NCBI GenBank assembly: GCA_038887515.1
Contig: JAWAKK010000001.1
Span: 704,001 to 768,000, forward strand
Source of the DNA: Candidatus Nezhaarchaeales archaeon
GTDB taxonomy: Archaea; Thermoproteota; Methanomethylicia; Nezhaarchaeales; WYZ-LMO8
DNA length: 64,000 bases
Direction: 5' to 3'
Shown: piece by piece, positions 58,409 through 64,000 of the stretch
Numbering within the stretch: the first letter of the stretch is position 1
How the letters are laid out: every line of letters starts with the position of its first letter
Notes under the pieces: model-generated
Databases searched by the model: none
What the model saw: the letters and a program-made list of their open reading frames with translations, nothing else
What the model was told of the DNA's origin: nothing
Program-made: the position numbers and the translations under genes

Positions 58409-59281
58409 ATGATCAAGAAAGTTGTTATTACTGCCGCGGGTCTTGGTACGAGGCTGCTACCAATAACTAAAGAGATACCCAAAGAGATGCTACCAATATG
58501 TCTTGATAATAGTAACGGTCCTACTCTTAAGCCTCTCCTTCAAGCGCTTTTTGAACAACTGTATTCGTTCGGATTTAGAGACTTTTGTTTTGTTGTTGGT
58601 AGAGGGAAGAGGGCTATTGAGGATCATTTTACTCCGGATTGGAATTTCGTCAATAGTTTAAGAAGTAAGGGTAAATTAAACATTGCCGAGGAATTGGAAA
58701 ATTTCTATAGGATGATAGAAAGCTCAAGGATACTATTCGTTAATCAACCCGAGCCAAAGGGGTTTGGGCATGCAGTTTTAATGGCTAAACCTTTTGTGGG
58801 GAAAGAGCCCTTCATGGTTTGTGCTGGAGATACTTACATAATTTCAACTAATAACGACTTCTTAAAGAGGTTGGTGTCGGCTTTTTCAGATGATGTTACA
58901 GCGGCAATTCTTCTTCAGAGGGTTGAAGATCCTTGGAATTATGGCGTTGCTCTTGTTAAGCCGAGTAATAGCTTATTATTAGATATAATAGAGGTTGTCG
59001 AAAAACCCAAAGCTCCTAAGTCAAATATAGCAATAATGCCATTCTACATATTCAAGCCGGAAATAATAGGGGTATTAGAGAATTTGGAGCCAGGCGTTGG
59101 CAATGAATACCAGCTTACAGATGCCATTCAAAAGATAATTATGATGGGTCGAAGAGTTGTTGGTGTCTTACTTGAAGAAGACGAATTGAGGCTCGATATA
59201 GGAACGCCAAAGACATACATCGAGGCTTTAAAAGTGTCTTACGAATATCATCGTAGGAGGAATTATAATGTCACATATTAA
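58409..59281 (+). CDS. galU: UTP--glucose-1-phosphate uridylyltransferase
   Basis: AAGLGTRLLP.TK..PKEMLP, Q.EP.G.GHAV, VEKP, LTDAI, DIG. Confidence 0.85.
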   Translation: MIKKVVITAAGLGTRLLPITKEIPKEMLPICLDNSNGPTLKPLLQALFEQLYSFGFRDFCFVVGRGKRAIEDHFTPDWNFVNSLRSKGKLNIAEELENFYRMIESSRILFVNQPEPKGFGHAVLMAKPFVGKEPFMVCAGDTYIISTNNDFLKRLVSAFSDDVTAAILLQRVEDPWNYGVALVKPSNSLLLDIIEVVEKPKAPKSNIAIMPFYIFKPEIIGVLENLEPGVGNEYQLTDAIQKIIMMGRRVVGVLLEEDELRLDIGTPKTYIEALKVSYEYHRRRNYNVTY

Positions 59282-60272
59282 ATTCGAAGTACGACTACCT
59301 TCAAATCTTGAGGAGATGGTAAAAGATAAAACATTTCTAATAACCGGGGGGGCTGGTTTTATTGGAAGCTGGCTTACAGAAACTTTAGTTGAACTAGGAG
59401 CAAAAGTAACCGTTTTGGATAATCTCTCATCAGGAAGTATCGAGAACATTAAACATTTGTTTAATTGCGGGAACTTCGACTTTATCGAAGCCGATGTTTC
59501 AAACTACAAAAACAATAGAATTTATGATTACATAGTTCACGCAGCAAGCATCCCAGCGCCTGATATGTACGTTACGAGACCCGTTGAGACAATGTTACCA
59601 AATAGCATTGGTACGTTAAACATCTTAGAAGTCTCAAGAAAGTATGGAAGTCGAGTCTTATTTCTATCGACTTCTGAAGTTTATGGAGATGCGAGAGTTG
59701 TCCCAACCCCAGAAAACTACTGGGGATATGTAAATCCTATAGGTATAAGGTCTTGTTATGACGAATCCAAGCGCTTTGGCGAAGCATTATGTATGGCATA
59801 TTTTAGACAGTATGGTATTGACGTTAGAATTGCCCGAATTTTTAATACGTACGGGCCAAGGCTTGACCCAAATGCTTGTTATGCAAGGGTTATTTCTAAA
59901 TTTATAATCCAAGCCTTAAGAGGTGATCCTATAACAATTTATGGTGATGGAAAACAAACTCGAAGTTTCCTGTATATAACTGATGCGATTGAGGCACTAG
60001 TTAAGTTCCTTTTAATAGATGGGCTAAGTGGAGAAGTTGTTAATATAGGCAGTCCGCACGAAATAACGATATTAGAGTTGGCTAACATTATAAAAAGACT
60101 CACCGGTTCTAATTCTCCAATAGAGTTTCATCCACCAAGACCTGATGATCCAAAAAGAAGGTGCCCCGATATTTCTAAGGCACAGAGAATTTTGAACTGG
60201 AACCCCAAAGTTTCATTACACGATGGACTCGAACTTACCATTGCATGGTTTAAGAAGGTGATAATAATATGA
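59268..60272 (+). CDS. uxs: UDP-glucuronate decarboxylase (UDP-xylose synthase)
   Basis: TGGAGFIGS, STSEVYGD, YWG.VNPIG.RSCYDE.KR, RIFNTYGPR, DDP.RR.PDI. Confidence 0.88.
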   Translation: MSHIKFEVRLPSNLEEMVKDKTFLITGGAGFIGSWLTETLVELGAKVTVLDNLSSGSIENIKHLFNCGNFDFIEADVSNYKNNRIYDYIVHAASIPAPDMYVTRPVETMLPNSIGTLNILEVSRKYGSRVLFLSTSEVYGDARVVPTPENYWGYVNPIGIRSCYDESKRFGEALCMAYFRQYGIDVRIARIFNTYGPRLDPNACYARVISKFIIQALRGDPITIYGDGKQTRSFLYITDAIEALVKFLLIDGLSGEVVNIGSPHEITILELANIIKRLTGSNSPIEFHPPRPDDPKRRCPDISKAQRILNWNPKVSLHDGLELTIAWFKKVIII

Positions 60273-61627
60273 CTGTCATCTCGTACATAGGCATGGGATA
60301 TGTAGGACTGGCGAGCGCTGTATGCTTGGCATATAAAGGCTTTAGGGTAATAGGTGTAGACATAGATCCTTTAAAAGTTAAAATTATAAACTCGGGTAAG
60401 CCGCCATACTATGAGCCTAAAGTTGAAGAACTTTTAAAAGATGTGTTAAAAAAAGACCTTTTTTATTGCACCACCGATTACATCAAAGCGGTGCAAGGTT
60501 CAAATATAACGTTTATAGCTGTTGGCACTCCAAGCAATCCGGATGGAAGCATAAATCTTGATCAAATAAAAAGGGCTGCGAAATACATTGGAGAGGCGCT
60601 AAGAGACAAACATGAATATCACTTAGTAGTTGTCAGAAGCACCGTTGTCCCTGGAACTACGGAGAAAGTGGTTAAACCCATAATTGAGCAAGCTTCAGGA
60701 AAGAGTTGTGGTAGTGAGTTCGGCTTGTGCTTCAACCCAGAATTCCTTAGAGAAGGTTCGGCTGTGGATGATACCTTTAATCCTGATAGGGTAGTTATAG
60801 GTGAATTTGATGAACGGTCTGGCAATACGCTTGAAAAACTATATAGGGACTTCCACGGAGATGAAGTACCTGTAATCATGAGAACTAATATAGTTAATGC
60901 TGAGCTCATAAAATATGCTAATAATGCATTTTTAGCGATGAAGGTTAGTTTCATCAACATGATAGCAAACCTATGCCAAAAGCTTCCAGGAGCTGACGTT
61001 GAGGTTGTAGCCAAGGGTATAGGTTTAGATAAGAGAATAGGACCTCTCTTTCTTAAAGCCGGGGCTGGATGGGGGGGAAGCTGTTTTCCAAAAGACCTTA
61101 AAGCATTACTTCATTTCGGCTTAAAGAGTGGCGTAGAACTACCGCTCGTTGAATCAACGTTGAAGGTCAATGAAAATCAACCCTATAAACTCATTGAATT
61201 AGCCAAAAGTCTTATTGGAACCTTGCGTGGAAGGAGGGTTTCCATACTTGGGCTAGCTTTTAAAGCTGGAACGGACGATATGAGAGAGGCCGTTTCAATA
61301 AAGGTTGTTGAGAGACTTTTAGACGAGGGTGCCAACTTAATAGTATACGATCCTAAAGCCATGGAAAACGCTAAGAAAATCTTCGGTAGTCGTATTGAAT
61401 ATGCTAATAACATTGAAGAGTGCTTAAAGGGATCTGAGTGCGCAATAATAGTTACAGAGTGGGATGAATTTCGTAAGTTAACACCCGAGCGTTACATAGA
61501 GCTAATGAAAATTCCAGCAATCGTAGATGGGAGAAGAATTTACGATCCACGCGAGTTCTCACGTAAACTTAGATTTGCAGCTATAGGGTATGGACAAGAA
61601 ACTTCGGCAACAATTCATTATTCATAA
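60269..61627 (+). CDS. ugd: UDP-glucose 6-dehydrogenase
   Basis: G.GYVG, VGTP, STV.PG, NPEFLREG, GGSCFPKD, FK..TDD.RE, DGR. Confidence 0.92.
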   Translation: MTVISYIGMGYVGLASAVCLAYKGFRVIGVDIDPLKVKIINSGKPPYYEPKVEELLKDVLKKDLFYCTTDYIKAVQGSNITFIAVGTPSNPDGSINLDQIKRAAKYIGEALRDKHEYHLVVVRSTVVPGTTEKVVKPIIEQASGKSCGSEFGLCFNPEFLREGSAVDDTFNPDRVVIGEFDERSGNTLEKLYRDFHGDEVPVIMRTNIVNAELIKYANNAFLAMKVSFINMIANLCQKLPGADVEVVAKGIGLDKRIGPLFLKAGAGWGGSCFPKDLKALLHFGLKSGVELPLVESTLKVNENQPYKLIELAKSLIGTLRGRRVSILGLAFKAGTDDMREAVSIKVVERLLDEGANLIVYDPKAMENAKKIFGSRIEYANNIEECLKGSECAIIVTEWDEFRKLTPERYIELMKIPAIVDGRRIYDPREFSRKLRFAAIGYGQETSATIHYS

Positions 61628-61742
61628 CCAAATATGATAATTTCATTTTTACTACGAGAAGGAATTTTTAAAATACATTTTTAAGTTTGTAAAATCTTCT
61701 AAAAAGTTCTGTCAAAAACAAGATGAAGTAAAAGCAGGATAT

Positions 61743-61769
61743 ACTCCAGTATTTAATAAATATTGGAGT
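61743..61769. repeat. 27-bp near-perfect palindrome
   Basis: ACTCCAGTATTTA-A-TAAATATTGGAGT with one G/T mismatch. Confidence 0.6.
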
Positions 61770-62047
61770 TTTAGAATTAGACGAATGTTGAGGCGTTTAC
61801 CTAAATCTCCTTTAAGTTCGCAAGGACTTACCGTTTTATAACTTATAATTATTTATTACCTTATAGCTATGCTACTGATGTACCATTACCTGATAGTCAA
61901 GTTCCAGTGGTTGAGATCACTTTGGATGAGCCCTCATGATATTAAATTATAGCTTTAATTGTTGAATTAAGAATGCTGGCTAATCATCAACGTACTCGCC
62001 TATTTTACGAATACTAATACTTAAGCTTACTTTGATTAAAAGCAAGG

Positions 62048-62081
62048 TAAGATATAAGTAGTGTTAAGATATAAGTAGTGT
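62048..62081. repeat. Perfect 17-bp tandem duplication
   Basis: TAAGATATAAGTAGTGT occurs twice in tandem. Confidence 0.85.
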
Positions 62082-62122
62082 AAGGATGCAACTGTTAAGG
62101 TAAGTCAAGGAAGGGGGATTTT

Positions 62123-63243
62123 GATATAAAAACTGCCATTCTAGTGCCTACATATTGCGGTGCAGATGTATTACCATACTTACTTGAGAGCTTAATAAAA
62201 AGTGGATCTATGCCAGACATGATATTATTTGTTGTAAAGGCTTGTCCTATATCTGAGCTTGAAGGAATTAAAGTTATAGAGGATTTCGTTGAAAAAACAT
62301 AAAAGGTCAAACAAAAGCATCTATCATTAAATATAAAGGTCCTTACGGATTAGTTAGACAAATATTGATTGGATTAAGGACTTTATACAAATTAAATTAT
62401 GACATCGTTATATTCTTAGATGATGATTCGTACATTGTTTCTAATAAGTTTGTTGAATTACATGAAAAATGGTACGAAGTAAATGAAGTTGGTGGAGTAG
62501 CAGGTTGTATAATAGACGTATGGAAGCGTGGCGAGGACTTTGTACAAATAGCTGGAAATGTGTCTATACCTCCCAAAAGGCTTTACTTGTGGAGAGAGCC
62601 AGCTATTAAGATTCTCAATAGGTTTATACCTCAAACATATTTTACAAAGGGAGGCTATGTTGCAGTATGTGGAAACGATACTTATCATCTTAAGAGGGGT
62701 GCAAGGCATGTATTCTCTTTACTGGGCGGCGGATCAAACATGTCAATAAGGTTAGCAGCACTTAGTTGCTTTCTGAAAGGGGATAATATCGCAAAACTTT
62801 TACCTAATACTCCAATCGCTATGAGGTACGAACAGATACTAGCTTATCACATAGTTAAAAGAGGTTACGTAATAGTTAAAGATTACAACATAAAGACTTA
62901 CCACATATTCAGAGAAGGAGGCGAGACAAGAGCTCCTAGGAATTATCGAAGGAGTACAATTACTGCAACGGATGATTTCCTGTACTTTTACATGAAGCAT
63001 TCGTATCCATGTGATTTTTCATTTATACATAAAATTTTGGCTGTTATACAGAGGCTATATCGATCCATAGTTGTAGAACAAAAGAAAAGTAGTGATATCG
63101 AACTACTTCTTGCCCGTCTTTTTGGTCACTTATTTGGAAATAGTGTCGGAATATGGTGGAGCCTATCGTCTAACAAAGAGTACGTATATCAATTATTTAG
63201 GAGGTATGAAAGTTTTATGAAGGGTATACTTAAGGAATCGTAA
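62123..63243 (+). pseudogene. GT2-family glycosyltransferase with a frameshift in an A-run
   Basis: The N-terminal AILVPTY...L..LLESL...PD frame stops at 62300. The C-terminal part (DIVIFLDDD) is in the -1 frame after A6 at 62292-62297. Confidence 0.7.
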
Positions 63244-63651
63244 TTATAATGATAGGCTTTACAACCATAAAGTAACTTATGGACCACTTTATTAATCGCA
63301 TGTTTTCTCTGAAGTACTTCACCAAGAACGTTGAGATTTAAGGTCTAAGCATGCGGTTCGCCCATAAAGATCGGAAGAAGCCGAGAATAAATGCCAGTCC
63401 AAGCCTTTACCATCTTGGCTCATCTACTCTCCGGTAAAGGTCTTGTAACTAAAATCGAAAGGAACAAGTTTAGAAGTTTAGCCTATACTAATAAGCCAAA
63501 GATATTTACGCTCTTCTTCTGAAGATTACCTCCTTCGTCGGCTTGACGTAAACAATTTCCAGACACCATACGTGATAAGCCTTATTACTTGTTTCCGATA
63601 ACTTTTTTGGACGAATAGTCATTGAAGTTAAGCTCGGAGGTCGTTATTTAA

Positions 63652-64000
63652 TTGAAGAAAGCCGTTGTTTCTCACCACTTTTGGGATAGACCTGGTGGTG
63701 GGCAACTCGTATGTAGTGCTGTGGCTTACGCTTTAAAGGTCCTCGGTTTTAACCCTGTTTTAACGTCTATTTCGTTGTTTGAGAGGGATAAGTATATTGA
63801 TTGGTTCGGAATAAACTTGCAGGACTATGAAGTTATACCGTTTTTGAAATTTAGGTTGAGGGCATTTGGGATATACATGAGGCTCCTCGTTTGGGTGCCA
63901 ATGAAAAAAGCCATAGAAAAGCTTAACCCGGATATAGTCTTTACTGACGAATGCACCTATAGGCCTGTAGAGAAGCTTGTCGATCGCGAGAAAACCCTAT
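63652..64000 (+). CDS. GT4-family glycosyltransferase (Alg11-like N-terminus), runs off the window end
   Basis: GGAGG RBS, TTG start, MKKAVVSHHFWDRPGGGQLV...PDIVFTD; frame open to the window end. Confidence 0.75.
   Translation, partial: MKKAVVSHHFWDRPGGGQLVCSAVAYALKVLGFNPVLTSISLFERDKYIDWFGINLQDYEVIPFLKFRLRAFGIYMRLLVWVPMKKAIEKLNPDIVFTDECTYRPVEKLVDREKTL

Noticed and set aside
735-62749. The many 60-145 aa ORFs antisense to or nested in longer genes (e.g. 2456-2785, 11454-11888, 18964-19374, 23472-23879, 43318-43737, 60619-61014)
   Set aside because: They are shadow frames of well-supported genes, Ser/Leu/Thr-rich, with no recognisable motifs.
63250-63600. Possible degraded gene fragments on the minus strand
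   Set aside because: The frames are short and no family can be assigned by eye.
1-64000. CRISPR arrays, rRNA, transposases, inteins
   Set aside because: No regularly spaced repeats, rRNA-like tracts, transposase motifs or intein insertions were seen.

Overview
64-kb core-genome window from a thermophilic-type TACK/Thermoproteota archaeon. The assignment rests on TFB, RPL15e, RPS26e, a crenarchaeal PolB1 and BHB-intron tRNAs; the exact lineage cannot be fixed from sequence alone. In order it contains: a NikR-like regulator next to a divergent PAN-like AAA ATPase; radical-SAM genes; a Mo/W-cofactor cluster (two divergent MoeA, MoaA, MobB, CooC, DUF364 and an in-frame TrmB-MobA fusion); housekeeping genes; a TackOD1 Zn protein beside a type IV pilus locus; a decayed nucS; a 12-gene complex-I-like group 4 [NiFe]-hydrogenase split by endoQ and dedA; proS, rps26e, polB1 and argS; and an AT-richer glycosylation island encoding a complete UDP-xylose pathway. 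Elements missing from the ORF track: two intron-containing tRNA-Arg genes, a C/D-box sRNA, 26-aa and 53-aa microproteins, a G20 tract and a partial GT4 gene. No CRISPR array or mobile element was seen. The best candidates for undescribed biology are the TrmB-MobA/MoeA/CooC/DUF364 metallocofactor module, the NikR-linked PAN paralogue and the microprotein-G20-TackOD1 unit. All assignments come from reading motifs by eye, not from database searches.
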